Shown here: piece by piece, positions 49,457-58,897 of the stretch | How the letters are laid out: each line of letters opens with the position of its first letter | Position numbering within the stretch: position 1 is the first letter of the stretch | Source: Waddliaceae bacterium | GTDB lineage: Bacteria > Chlamydiota > Chlamydiia > Chlamydiales > SLFE01 | Direction: 5' to 3' | DNA: 64,000 nucleotides | NCBI GenBank assembly: GCA_963783885.1 | Contig: CAWAPJ010000019.1 | Coordinates: forward strand, 1 to 64,000 | The notes under the pieces: model-generated | The model's database searches: none | What the model saw: only the letters and a program-made list of their open reading frames with translations | Told to the model about the DNA's origin: nothing | Translations under genes and position numbers: made by a program

Positions 49457-50143
49457 TTAAAGAGTGTGAAAAGTCCGGGTTAAATCATGATTATTGAGGT
49501 AGGCTTTCAAACCATCATTGCGAAGTTTGCAGCTGGGGCATTTTTGGCAGCCAAGCTGCGGGATTCCGTTGTAACAGGTAATGGTATTTTTGAGCAGGTA
49601 ATCGAGAATGCCCAGGGAGTCGGCAAGCTCGAGAGTTTGCTTTTTGTTCAGGCCGACAACAGGGGTTAGGATTTCGAACTCGGGGTCGCAGAGGTCGATG
49701 CGGAGGATTTGCTGCATGAGGTCCATATAGCTCCTGGAACAATCGCGATATCCAGAGTTTGCCTCCTCAACTTCGATCACCCCCAGAGAAATCAGGCGGG
49801 CTCCTAAGGAGTGGGCATGGATGGCGGCGAGGCGGGCCATAAGGCCATTGCGGCCCACGACGAGGGTATTAGGAGGGTTGTCGTCATTCTGAGTGATCTC
49901 AAGTGTTGGATCGGTGAGGGCGTCGCGCGTTATTTGGCTTAGGCATGTCAGTTCAATCACTGCATGGTCGACGTTCCAGTCGCGGCAGATTTTAGCGGCG
50001 GCGGCCAGTTCACTGCTGTGGCGGTGTTTGTAATCGAAAGAGAGGCTTAGGACTTCGTCATTTCCGAATTCATTTACCGCCAGGGCCAGGCAGAGGGAAG
50101 AATCCATGCCTCCCGAGTGGACCACGATGATTTTTTTACGCAT
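49457..50143 (-). CDS. queC: 7-cyano-7-deazaguanine synthase
   Basis: SGGMDS, GRN, YRDC and TCY...C..C..C. Confidence 0.92.
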   Translation of the reverse strand: MRKKIIVVHSGGMDSSLCLALAVNEFGNDEVLSLSFDYKHRHSSELAAAAKICRDWNVDHAVIELTCLSQITRDALTDPTLEITQNDDNPPNTLVVGRNGLMARLAAIHAHSLGARLISLGVIEVEEANSGYRDCSRSYMDLMQQILRIDLCDPEFEILTPVVGLNKKQTLELADSLGILDYLLKNTITCYNGIPQLGCQKCPSCKLRNDGLKAYLNNHDLTRTFHTL

Positions 50144-52055
50144 GAGTTTTCTGTCTGTTTAACATGTCCCACATAAGTTTGAACTCGGGACAGCATGTTA
50201 AGAGCTCGTCTCTGGTTCCTTCAGCAATTTTTTGTCCCTTGTCAATGTAGATGATTTTATCGGCATCTTCTACGGTTGAGAGGCGGTGGGCGATGATGAT
50301 CTGGGTCATTGATCCGCGAAGTTCGCGAATTGCCGTTTTAATATGGTTTTCGCTTAAGGCATCGAGAGAGGATGTCGCTTCGTCCATAACGAGTATCGGG
50401 GTTTTTTTGAAGAGCGCGCGGGCAATCGCGAGGCGCTGCTGCTGTCCTCCCGAGAGGTTTTTCCCCATTTCTGAAAGCTCTGTTTCAAAACCTCTGGGAA
50501 GGTTTTTGATAAACTCGCAGGCATGCGCTTTCTTGGCCGCCTCCTCAATGTCTTCTTCGGTATAAGGGGATCCGAAGGCAATGTTTTCCGTGATGGTATC
50601 CAGAAAGAGAAAGGGCTTTTGCGGCACAAAGGCAACCTTTTTGCGAATGGAGGCTTGTGTGTAGGCATTTAAAGGTTTGCCGTCGATCAGGATTTGCCCT
50701 TTTTGCACTTCATAGAGTCTGGGGATGAGCTGGACGATAGTCGACTTGCCGGCGCCAGTCGGCCCTACAAGAGCGACAGTCTGCCCTTTTTCTACTGTAA
50801 AGCTCAAATCTTTCAGAATCCATTCTTCGTCATAGCGGAAAGAGACATTGCGAAATTCGATGCAATCCTCAAATTCCGTTAGTTCAAGAGCGTCCGGAGC
50901 ATCCTGAATCTGCGGTTTGATCTGCATCACTTCGTACATCCGTTCCGCGGCGGCGGCTCCTCTTTGGATTTGCCCGTTGGTTTCGGCGAATTTTTTCACC
51001 GGTTCATAAAAGACATAGAGAAGCCCGCAGTAGACAATCACTTCGGGAACGCTCATATTTAAGATGTAGAGGCCGAAGATCAGGGCGCCGGCCAGAAAGG
51101 ACATGCCGATCGTGTGAACAATGGGCCGCGAAGAGACGTCGTATTTAGCGCTTTTTTGTTCGAGACTAGCCATTTGCTCGTTTTGCCATCGATATTTTTT
51201 TAAGGAAAAGCTTTCCATGGCAAACATTTTGATGGTTTGGATGCCTCCGAGATAATCGACAAGCACGGAGGTAAAGTTTTCCTGATTCTTCTGGAGCTCT
51301 TTAGCGATTCGTTTCACATGGCGGGCAATATACACGATAGGAAAGGCAATCAGCGGCAGGCCCAAAAAGATCATGAGGGACAATTTCCATGAAGCGATAA
51401 AACAAAGGATAAGGGTTGAAAAGATCGCGAAGGGGGTTTGCAGATAATTGATCAGCGAGGCATTGATGCCATCGGCAATGGCAACGGCATCGGTCACAAC
51501 TCGGGCAGAAAGGCTGCCGATGTTATGCTTTTGATAAAAACTCATAGGGAGCAATTGTATGTGCTCGAAGTAATTCTGCCTCAAATCGCGGCTGACCTGG
51601 ATGGCCACAAGTTTTGTGGAAAAGCGGTGGCAGAACATTGCAATAGCGTTGAACAGGGCGACAATGATGAACACAATGGCAAGATTGCGGGGGTTGCCGG
51701 AGAGAGGAATCACACGGTTCAAATAATAGATGGATCTTTCGACAAGCCCTTTTGGTTTGACAGAGCGGGCAAAGCGGGTAGTATCCATACGGTCGACATA
51801 CCCTTTGCCTGTTCGGTCCAGTTCGTCCCATCTCTTATTAAGCTCTTTTCGTGTAATTTTATCCGATTGAACGATTTCATCATTTTTTACGGGGCTGAAC
51901 AGTTCAAAAAATCCCGGCCCTTTATTTGTCAAGATGCCGATTGTGATGATTTCCATCTGTGTGCCGATGGTGAAAAGGCACATCGAAACCATGGTGATGG
52001 CGATCAAAAGGAAATTGGCGTGCTTTTGAAACGAGAGTTTAAATAGAAGCTTCAT
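50136..52055 (-). CDS. msbA: MsbA-like ABC exporter
   Basis: TM domain plus GPTGAGKST, LSGGQQQR and DEATS; follows accA. Confidence 0.8.
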   Translation of the reverse strand: MKLLFKLSFQKHANFLLIAITMVSMCLFTIGTQMEIITIGILTNKGPGFFELFSPVKNDEIVQSDKITRKELNKRWDELDRTGKGYVDRMDTTRFARSVKPKGLVERSIYYLNRVIPLSGNPRNLAIVFIIVALFNAIAMFCHRFSTKLVAIQVSRDLRQNYFEHIQLLPMSFYQKHNIGSLSARVVTDAVAIADGINASLINYLQTPFAIFSTLILCFIASWKLSLMIFLGLPLIAFPIVYIARHVKRIAKELQKNQENFTSVLVDYLGGIQTIKMFAMESFSLKKYRWQNEQMASLEQKSAKYDVSSRPIVHTIGMSFLAGALIFGLYILNMSVPEVIVYCGLLYVFYEPVKKFAETNGQIQRGAAAAERMYEVMQIKPQIQDAPDALELTEFEDCIEFRNVSFRYDEEWILKDLSFTVEKGQTVALVGPTGAGKSTIVQLIPRLYEVQKGQILIDGKPLNAYTQASIRKKVAFVPQKPFLFLDTITENIAFGSPYTEEDIEEAAKKAHACEFIKNLPRGFETELSEMGKNLSGGQQQRLAIARALFKKTPILVMDEATSSLDALSENHIKTAIRELRGSMTQIIIAHRLSTVEDADKIIYIDKGQKIAEGTRDELLTCCPEFKLMWDMLNRQKTHA

Positions 52056-53001
52056 TTTTTGAAAACTGTCCGATTTTTCGGTATTTATTGTATCGCTGTT
52101 CGAGGAGAAGATGAGGGGGAAGCAGTTTGAGGACATCGCATTTGTCCTGGATAAACCGTTTCACATTGTCATAAACAACCTCCGGATCGTGATGGGCTCC
52201 GCCCAAAGGTTCACCAATCACTTCATCGATGATTTCGTAGTCCATAAGATTTTCGGAGTTGAGTTTGAGCGCGGCTGCCGCATCGACATTTTTCCCGGCT
52301 TCTTTCCACAGGATTGAGGCGCATCCTTCAGGGGAAATGACAGAATAGTACGCATGTTCGAGCATGCCGATAGCGTCTCCGATTCCGATGCCGAGCGCAC
52401 CGCCGGAGCACCCTTCCCCGATGACAATGGAAATGACCGGGGTTTCGATCCGCATCATCTCCCGCAAATTCAGGGCAATGGCGGCGCCCTGCCCTCTTTT
52501 TTCTGCGTCAAGGCCGGGAAATGCGCCCGGCGTGTCGATCAGGGTAATGATGGGGAGGTGGAACTTTTCGGCCAGCTTCATGAGGCGGAGCGCTTTTTTA
52601 TAGCCTTCGGGATGCATCATCCCGAAATTGCGTTTTAGCCTCTCCTCAGTATTGCTTCCCTTTTCCTGGCCGATCACAACACACTTGATATCCCCCAGGC
52701 TGGCAAGCCCGCCGATAAGGGCCTTGTCATCGGCAAATTGCCGGTCGCCGGAAAGTTCTTCAAAACCGGAAAACATTTTCGCGATGTAGTCGATCGTGTG
52801 CGGACGCGAGGAGTGGCGGCAGATCTGCACCCGCTGCCATGGCGTCAGTTTCGAATAGACATCGTGTTTGAGTTTTTCCAGCTTTTGTTCAAGGCGCGAG
52901 ATCTCATCAAAAAAAATAGGATTTTCGCCCCCTTTGCTTTTCAGGTGGTCGATCGTCTTGATATATTCAAAGATCTCTTTTTCGTGTGCCAGTATATCCA
53001 T
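52039..53001 (-). CDS. accA: Acetyl-CoA carboxylase carboxyltransferase alpha
   Basis: RNFGM..PEGYKKA, DTPGA.PG and GEGCSGGA. Confidence 0.96.
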   Translation of the reverse strand: MDILAHEKEIFEYIKTIDHLKSKGGENPIFFDEISRLEQKLEKLKHDVYSKLTPWQRVQICRHSSRPHTIDYIAKMFSGFEELSGDRQFADDKALIGGLASLGDIKCVVIGQEKGSNTEERLKRNFGMMHPEGYKKALRLMKLAEKFHLPIITLIDTPGAFPGLDAEKRGQGAAIALNLREMMRIETPVISIVIGEGCSGGALGIGIGDAIGMLEHAYYSVISPEGCASILWKEAGKNVDAAAALKLNSENLMDYEIIDEVIGEPLGGAHHDPEVVYDNVKRFIQDKCDVLKLLPPHLLLEQRYNKYRKIGQFSKNEASI

Positions 53002-54020
53002 TATTGGTATTCTTCTCCGGGAAGTTTGGCGTCATGGAAATCATTCACAAGTTCCACAAATGACGGTTTGCCTGCGATGATCGCGTAAACTTCTTCGATA
53101 TCATCGGAGGCCATTCTGATGCAGCCGTCGCTTGTGTAAGTTCCGAGGCTGCTTGCGTCTTCCATTAATTCTCCGGATTCAGGATCTTCCTTCCAGGGGA
53201 CTCCGTGAATGCCGAAACCTTTTGCAGGAGATGTCGTATTGCTGATTTCCTGCTCAAAGGGGATCCATCTCGTTCCGAAAACCCGAATCAGCTCTATTTT
53301 GTTTCCATTGTGATAACCGGTTGTTTTGGGCTGGTAGGCGGCGATTCTTTCCCCGAGGGAATATTTGCCGCGGGGAGTCAGCAGGCCCGAGGATTTGAGG
53401 TTGTCGGGACGTCCCAGGCCGACGGCGTAGTCTTTGAGGAATATTCTCTGATGAGTGTCTCTGTCGTAGACATAGAACCAGCATTTGCATCGCGAGAGGT
53501 CGATGAGCAGGTAGAACTCAATGTCTTTGTCGGGATCCAAGACATTGAAATAATCGCCGTTTGAGATATCGTGTTTGTAGTAGTTTCCTTTTCCGTGGAG
53601 GCTGCGGGCGATAAAGTGGCGCGAGGTCTTAAAATGCGTGGCATAATCGGAGATCCAAGCCGGCCTTCCGTTCATCCAGGAGACGCGGCTTTTGTATGAG
53701 ATTGTTTTGACCACGGGAAGCTTTTTGTCCGAAGTAGTGAAGAGGCGGTCGATGTTGCCTCCGGTCGGAAGCCCTTCTGAGGCAAGAGGCCATGAGGCAG
53801 TGATCGGCTCGTCCGTCTTAACCTGTTGACCAGCAGTCGGTTCCTCCGGGGTTTCAATGATTTCAGGCTCCTTGTCGATGTCAATGAGAATCGGGGCGAT
53901 ATCGGTATTTTGAGCGGTCACGACAATTTCCGGCTCTTTCTCCGTCTGATTCTTTAGGTACGCGGCTATCCCTATGATGGAAAAGAGCACAAAAGCTGTG
54001 ATGATGAGTAGTCTCCCCAA
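53001..54020 (-). CDS. Membrane-anchored L,D-transpeptidase (YkuD) domain protein
   Basis: TPRGKY, FGTRWI and GIHG...SDGCIRM. Confidence 0.8.
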   Translation of the reverse strand: MGRLLIITAFVLFSIIGIAAYLKNQTEKEPEIVVTAQNTDIAPILIDIDKEPEIIETPEEPTAGQQVKTDEPITASWPLASEGLPTGGNIDRLFTTSDKKLPVVKTISYKSRVSWMNGRPAWISDYATHFKTSRHFIARSLHGKGNYYKHDISNGDYFNVLDPDKDIEFYLLIDLSRCKCWFYVYDRDTHQRIFLKDYAVGLGRPDNLKSSGLLTPRGKYSLGERIAAYQPKTTGYHNGNKIELIRVFGTRWIPFEQEISNTTSPAKGFGIHGVPWKEDPESGELMEDASSLGTYTSDGCIRMASDDIEEVYAIIAGKPSFVELVNDFHDAKLPGEEYQ

Positions 54021-54114
54021 GGTATTCTCTCCTTCAACTATTTTTTAGCAATTTTATCCTATTTTTCTTTTGAATACAAGGTATTTACGAACTTTAAAAA
54101 ATTATTTTGCCATT

Positions 54115-54130
54115 TGGCCCGGTATTTGCT
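54115..54130 (+). promoter_or_regulatory. Sigma54 (-24/-12) promoter
   Basis: TGGCCC-N5-TTGCT, 26 nt upstream of the ATG at 54157. Confidence 0.65.
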
Positions 54131-54156
54131 TTATCACTAAGAATCATAGGTAATAT

Positions 54157-55320
54157 ATGATTAATAATAAGAATGATTTACCCCTAGTTTCTAAGCCTGA
54201 AGGGAATGTGGATGACTGTAATCCGATTCAGTGGCTATATAGGCATTACCCCGGAATTTTAACGCACCCCGAGAAAATAAAAAATATCACCGCCTCTATT
54301 GAAAAAGAAAGAGAGCATTTTTTAATCACGACCTATAAATTATCGAAGTCTGGCGACAAATATTTGAAAACGCGCATTTTGTGGAAACTGGAAGTAGACG
54401 GCAAGCCCGTCGAGCTTTTGTCGACAATCTACACGGCAGTCAAGTGTCCGAAAGATCCCGAAAATTTGAGGGAAGTAGCCATAGCCAAGTCAAAAGTCCT
54501 GATGGTCGCAGAAACGTATAGGCAATCCCTTTTGGCGGTTCTCGACCCTGCGCATAAGCAGCATCATTTGACGGCTCAAATGATGCCGAAATTTACTATT
54601 ATGACGCATTTTACCATCGATGCCACGCCGACAGGGCGGATCAGAAGCTACAAGATCGCAACCCGTGAAAAAGATTCCTCAGGGCCTGGCACTTATGTGC
54701 TGAGCAAATTATTGTCTCCATATTTTGCCGTTTCCAAAATCAACGACTATGAGTCGGAAGCCGTCATACAGGACAACGGGTCCGATGAAGTTTTCAATGC
54801 CCTCCGCGAAGAGAAAGAGGGGAGAGTCAGCCGCTTTCTTATTGACTATTACACAATCTGCAGCCATCGCTACAGTCAAACGTTTGAAGAGGCCTATACA
54901 CGGTTCATCGATGTTATGGCCGAAGACCAGGTGCAACGATATATTCTTGAGCTCAGGGATATGGAAGCCGGGGCTCAAAAGAAAGAGTATTCCATCGAAG
55001 AAATTAGAGAGAAGTTCGATTATGTGATCCAGTATGTCAAAGAGCATCATGAAAGCTCCAGGCATGAATATGAAATCATGAAAGAGGCTTTTTCTCATCT
55101 GGAGAGCGTGATTGACAAATTCGATTCCTGGCGGGAGCATCCCGACTTGTCTTTAGCGCAGACGAGCCTTCTCGAGGCAAAGATCAATCAGCTTTCAAAA
55201 ACAGTCAACGACAGGCGTCTTCTACTGACTGAGCTGAGGCGCCGGTTCGAAAAAATCGAATACTTTGCCAAATGGTTTAAAAAGCAGTTCCCCACTCTGT
55301 TCCTCATGCTTGATGAATAA
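54157..55320 (+). CDS. Hypothetical protein with coiled-coil C-terminus
   Basis: 387 aa ORF. Confidence 0.7.
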   Translation: MINNKNDLPLVSKPEGNVDDCNPIQWLYRHYPGILTHPEKIKNITASIEKEREHFLITTYKLSKSGDKYLKTRILWKLEVDGKPVELLSTIYTAVKCPKDPENLREVAIAKSKVLMVAETYRQSLLAVLDPAHKQHHLTAQMMPKFTIMTHFTIDATPTGRIRSYKIATREKDSSGPGTYVLSKLLSPYFAVSKINDYESEAVIQDNGSDEVFNALREEKEGRVSRFLIDYYTICSHRYSQTFEEAYTRFIDVMAEDQVQRYILELRDMEAGAQKKEYSIEEIREKFDYVIQYVKEHHESSRHEYEIMKEAFSHLESVIDKFDSWREHPDLSLAQTSLLEAKINQLSKTVNDRRLLLTELRRRFEKIEYFAKWFKKQFPTLFLMLDE

Positions 55321-55344
55321 TGGTCTTTTTGCCACGATGATCCT

Positions 55345-56844
55345 ATGCACATCATCCACGCAGCTTCTGAACTCGCCCCGATTGCCAAGATAGGCGGGCT
55401 CGGCGATGTTCTGCTCGGCCTGTCCCGCCAGCTTGCCTGGGAGGGGCATGATGTCGATATCATCCTTCCCAAATACGACTGCATGGATACCGAAAAGATC
55501 CGCGACCTGCATATCGACGAGTCTGACATTTTAGTCGAATATGATGGGCAGGTGCACCCGAATACCATTTGGCTGGGGTGGGTCGACAATCTCAAAGTCT
55601 ATTTTATCGAGCCCCACCACCCCAAGCTCTTCTTTAATCGAGGCTGCATTTATGGATGCGACGACGACATCGAACGCTACATTTACTTTTCCAAAGCTTC
55701 CATGGAGCTGATGAAACAGCGAGGCCTTAAGCCTCATCTTCTCCATTTGCACGATTGGCATACAGCCCTTATGGCCCCTCTTTACAAAGACATGTATCGG
55801 GAGCTCGGAAAGAACGGACTTAAACTTGTTTTTACGATCCATAATATGGAGTACCAGGGAAAATGTCTGACACTTGATATTGATAAAACGGGGCTTAAAG
55901 GAGAGGATTATGCCGATCCCAAAAAGCTTCTCGATGAAACAGATTCAACCCATCTCAATCTAATGAAGGGGGGTATTGTCTATTCTGAAGCGGTCACAAC
56001 CGTCTCTTGTACCTATGCCAAAGAAATACAAACGCAAAAAGGTGGAAAAGGGCTCGGTAAACTTCTAAAAAAATACAAAAGCAAAGTTTATGGAATCGTC
56101 AACGGCGTCGAATACGCCTATTGGAACCCCGAAACAGACCCTTACCTTCCCGCTCACTTTTCTTCCAGGGAAAAACCGAAAACCGATAACGACTTGGCGA
56201 CGATTGACCGGAAAGCGTATGTCAAGAATCTGCTGAGAGAGAAGCTTATGCTTGACGAAGCGCATCGTCCTTTAGTCGGCTGCGTCGCCCGCCTTGTTCC
56301 CCAAAAAGGGGTAGAGCTGATGCGCCACGCCCTCTTCCGTACATTGGAAAGGGGAGGGCAATTCATTCTTCTGGGAACCAGTCCTATCCCTAAAATCAAT
56401 CGCGAATTTCACGAGCTGATGCATCATTTCGCCGATCATCCCCACGCCCACCTGATTCTGAAGCACGAAGAAGAGACGGCGCATCATATTTTCGCCGCCA
56501 GCGATATGTTTATTGTTCCTTCAATATTCGAACCCTGCGGCCTCACTCAGTTGATATCCCTTAAATATGGTACCGTTCCCATTGTTAGAAAAACAGGAGG
56601 GCTGGCCGATACGATCGTTGATGTCGACAACGGGAGGGTTCTTTTTGAGAAAAGAAACGGCTTTGTCTTTGAAAAGCCCACGCCCGAGGGGTTCAACTCA
56701 GCTTTGGACCGGGCCATCGCCTATTGGTTTGACAAGCCGCTAATGTGGCGGAAACTCATGCTAAACGGCATGGCTATGGACTTCAGCTGGAAGGGCCCCG
56801 CCAAGCAGTATCTCGACCTTTATGAGAAGATTCGGATGAAGTAG
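55345..56844 (+). CDS. glgA: Glycogen synthase
   Basis: KIGGLGDV, HDWHT, RLVPQKG and PSIFEPCGL. Confidence 0.95.
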   Translation: MHIIHAASELAPIAKIGGLGDVLLGLSRQLAWEGHDVDIILPKYDCMDTEKIRDLHIDESDILVEYDGQVHPNTIWLGWVDNLKVYFIEPHHPKLFFNRGCIYGCDDDIERYIYFSKASMELMKQRGLKPHLLHLHDWHTALMAPLYKDMYRELGKNGLKLVFTIHNMEYQGKCLTLDIDKTGLKGEDYADPKKLLDETDSTHLNLMKGGIVYSEAVTTVSCTYAKEIQTQKGGKGLGKLLKKYKSKVYGIVNGVEYAYWNPETDPYLPAHFSSREKPKTDNDLATIDRKAYVKNLLREKLMLDEAHRPLVGCVARLVPQKGVELMRHALFRTLERGGQFILLGTSPIPKINREFHELMHHFADHPHAHLILKHEEETAHHIFAASDMFIVPSIFEPCGLTQLISLKYGTVPIVRKTGGLADTIVDVDNGRVLFEKRNGFVFEKPTPEGFNSALDRAIAYWFDKPLMWRKLMLNGMAMDFSWKGPAKQYLDLYEKIRMK

Positions 56845-57023
56845 CAGAAGTGTGGATGTTAGACATCATTTGACTTAACAAAAAATGATTAGGAGGACCC
56901 AAAATATGATTTCAGAATTTTATACCGTGACCTCATCTAATGATAAATGGAATTTGGAATATAAGATTATTCCAAAGATTACAAGGGATTCTCGTAATTG
57001 CACGATAGAAACAATGAAACTAA

Positions 57024-57944
57024 GTGCATGGTCAAATCTTAAAAAAGCAGAAAAATATGCAAAAAAAGGCAGCAAAACAACTGGGAGTCCCTAATCTGAG
57101 AAACGTAAATGATATTATTGTGATCGCTCCTTGTGAGGATGGATATTTTTCCAGGAAGGTAATTGTTTCAGGAGACGATCAAGGAACTGTAAAAAAAGTA
57201 GAAAAGCAGACCAGGCTGCTTGGGAAAAAGCTTATAGATCACTGGAAAATTGTTAATGAACGCTCTTGCGAATATATTCAAGCTTTGGCGTTTTCAAAGA
57301 GTGACTTAGAGGAGATTAATAACTTTATTCAGAAGAAAAGTGAAATGGAAGGATTTCTGGATCTTAAAATCAAAGGAAAGAAATTTTCTCTGTTTGTATT
57401 CGAAACGGATGCTAGCCCTTACGAGGGTGAATGGACTTATACTATACAAGTCCTTTGCCAAAATGATCCCTCTCTCAACGAATGTCAGGGAGAAGGGCCG
57501 ATGTTCATCACGTCGGTTAAGGGTAAATGGCATAAACAAGTTTTGAAAAAGCTCAATGTCAGTATCAAGGAGAAATTACACAATGAAATCAACTCAATCT
57601 ATAGTCAACCGTCAAAGATATGGGAGCTAGTCAAGCAACATTCCAACGAATATATTCAAGCTTTGAAGCTTTTTAAAAGTGACTTAAAAACGATCGAAGA
57701 CTTTATTCAAGAAACGGAAGGAAGAAAAGGGTTTCTGGATCTTGAAATCGAAGGAAAAGAATTTTCTCTGTTAACAAACCGCATATGTGCTGTTTCTTAC
57801 GGTGATGACTGGACCGATATTGTGCAAGTCGTTTGTCAAAATGATCCCTCGCTCAACACACAAATAGGAATGGGAGCGAGGCACCTCACAGTGATTCCGG
57901 ATGAGTGGCATCAGAAAGTTTTAAAAAAAATAAAAGAGTCGTAA
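57024..57944 (+). CDS. Hypothetical protein with two internal repeats of about 105 aa; probably frameshift-joined to 56885-57094
   Basis: EYIQAL..KSDL, GFLDL.I.GK.FSL, CQNDPSLN and WH..VLKK each occur twice. Confidence 0.7.
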   Translation: MHGQILKKQKNMQKKAAKQLGVPNLRNVNDIIVIAPCEDGYFSRKVIVSGDDQGTVKKVEKQTRLLGKKLIDHWKIVNERSCEYIQALAFSKSDLEEINNFIQKKSEMEGFLDLKIKGKKFSLFVFETDASPYEGEWTYTIQVLCQNDPSLNECQGEGPMFITSVKGKWHKQVLKKLNVSIKEKLHNEINSIYSQPSKIWELVKQHSNEYIQALKLFKSDLKTIEDFIQETEGRKGFLDLEIEGKEFSLLTNRICAVSYGDDWTDIVQVVCQNDPSLNTQIGMGARHLTVIPDEWHQKVLKKIKES

Positions 57945-57957
57945 AGGGCTTCTTGTA

Positions 57958-58001
57958 TGGCGCCTTCTAATGCTGAGCGGCATGGCTATGGACGTTAGCT
58001 G
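57958..58001 (+). repeat. Degenerate copy of the near-3' end of glgA (56746-56789)
   Basis: 35/44 nt identical; WRLLMLSGMAMDVS vs WRKLMLNGMAMDFS. Confidence 0.75.
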
Positions 58002-58003
58002 AG

Positions 58004-58130
58004 GTTTAGGTAGCAATCAGGGTCTAAGCCTCGATTATCGGCAAGGGATTACCCTTGCCTTCAAATCGAGTCTACGCATCTGAATCCAACGAAAGACTTT
58101 AACAACAAGTTTAGGTAGCAATCAGGGTCT
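58004..58130. repeat. 22-bp perfect direct repeats enclosing a hairpin
   Basis: GTTTAGGTAGCAATCAGGGTCT at 58004 and 58109. Confidence 0.85.
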
Positions 58131-58171
58131 TAGATCTTCTGGCGTCTTATATAAAGCAATTCGCAAGACCT

Positions 58172-58720
58172 GTGGTAGCTATGAATTTTTTGGAAGTTTT
58201 AGAGTGTCTCCCCAAGAGATTTCTTGATGAAATCAATAATGACTTTGTTAAACTCTTTTCAAAAGAATACTATAGCACCACAGTAACCACCTGTATCGTT
58301 GATGCTTCGGAAATTCAACGAATTCCTATAATCAATTCTCTGATTAGCTTAACAAAAGAGGATACCGATTGGCCTTTAATTACACTTGTAATAGATGCTC
58401 ATGTTAAGATATCCGGAGACAAAAGAAGCGAGGTAATTCACTCTTTTGTTGAAGCTCTAAAGGCGAATCGAGATATTCGGGTTAAGGCATTCAGCCAGTT
58501 TTTTTGTATCTAATGGATTATGAGAGCCCAAGTAATGGAAATCGCGGCTCCTTATTTAAAAACCTGTAAAAAAATTGAAGTCGATACAATTTATTGGATC
58601 GCTTCTAGACTAATAGATATGAATGAAGCGAAAAGAAAACCTGCTTTTCAAGGACTCTTACACGATGAAAAATTGGCTGATGATAAAACAACAATAAAAA
58701 TGCTTTCGGATTATCTTTAA
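58172..58720 (+). pseudogene. Fragmented hypothetical gene
   Basis: Two consecutive short ORFs; 5' end lies next to the repeat element. Confidence 0.4.
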
Positions 58721-58849
58721 AGATTTTTCTCCTTAGATTTTTTGTCAACAATTGCCCTTTTTAATAACATTATTGGCATCTTCAAACGTAATTTTCCGAA
58801 TCAGACTCGAATTATTTTCGTCAAAATTTTTACCTTAACCTGTTAGTCT

Positions 58850-58887
58850 TGGCACAGAATTTGTTTACAAAAACCGTTGTAAACAAA
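58850..58887 (+). promoter_or_regulatory. Sigma54-like promoter overlapped by an 11-bp inverted repeat
   Basis: TGGCAC-N5-TTGT; TTTGTTTACAA-N6-TTGTAAACAAA just before the RBS. Confidence 0.5.
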
Positions 58888-58897
58888 GGAGTTCAAG

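Noticed and set aside
49457-50143. queC as part of a Dpd or QatABCD defence system
   Set aside because: It sits in the core accA-msbA operon with no dpd or qat partners.
58004-58130. Possible CRISPR mini-array
   Set aside because: Only two repeats, an 83-nt structured spacer, and no cas genes in the window.
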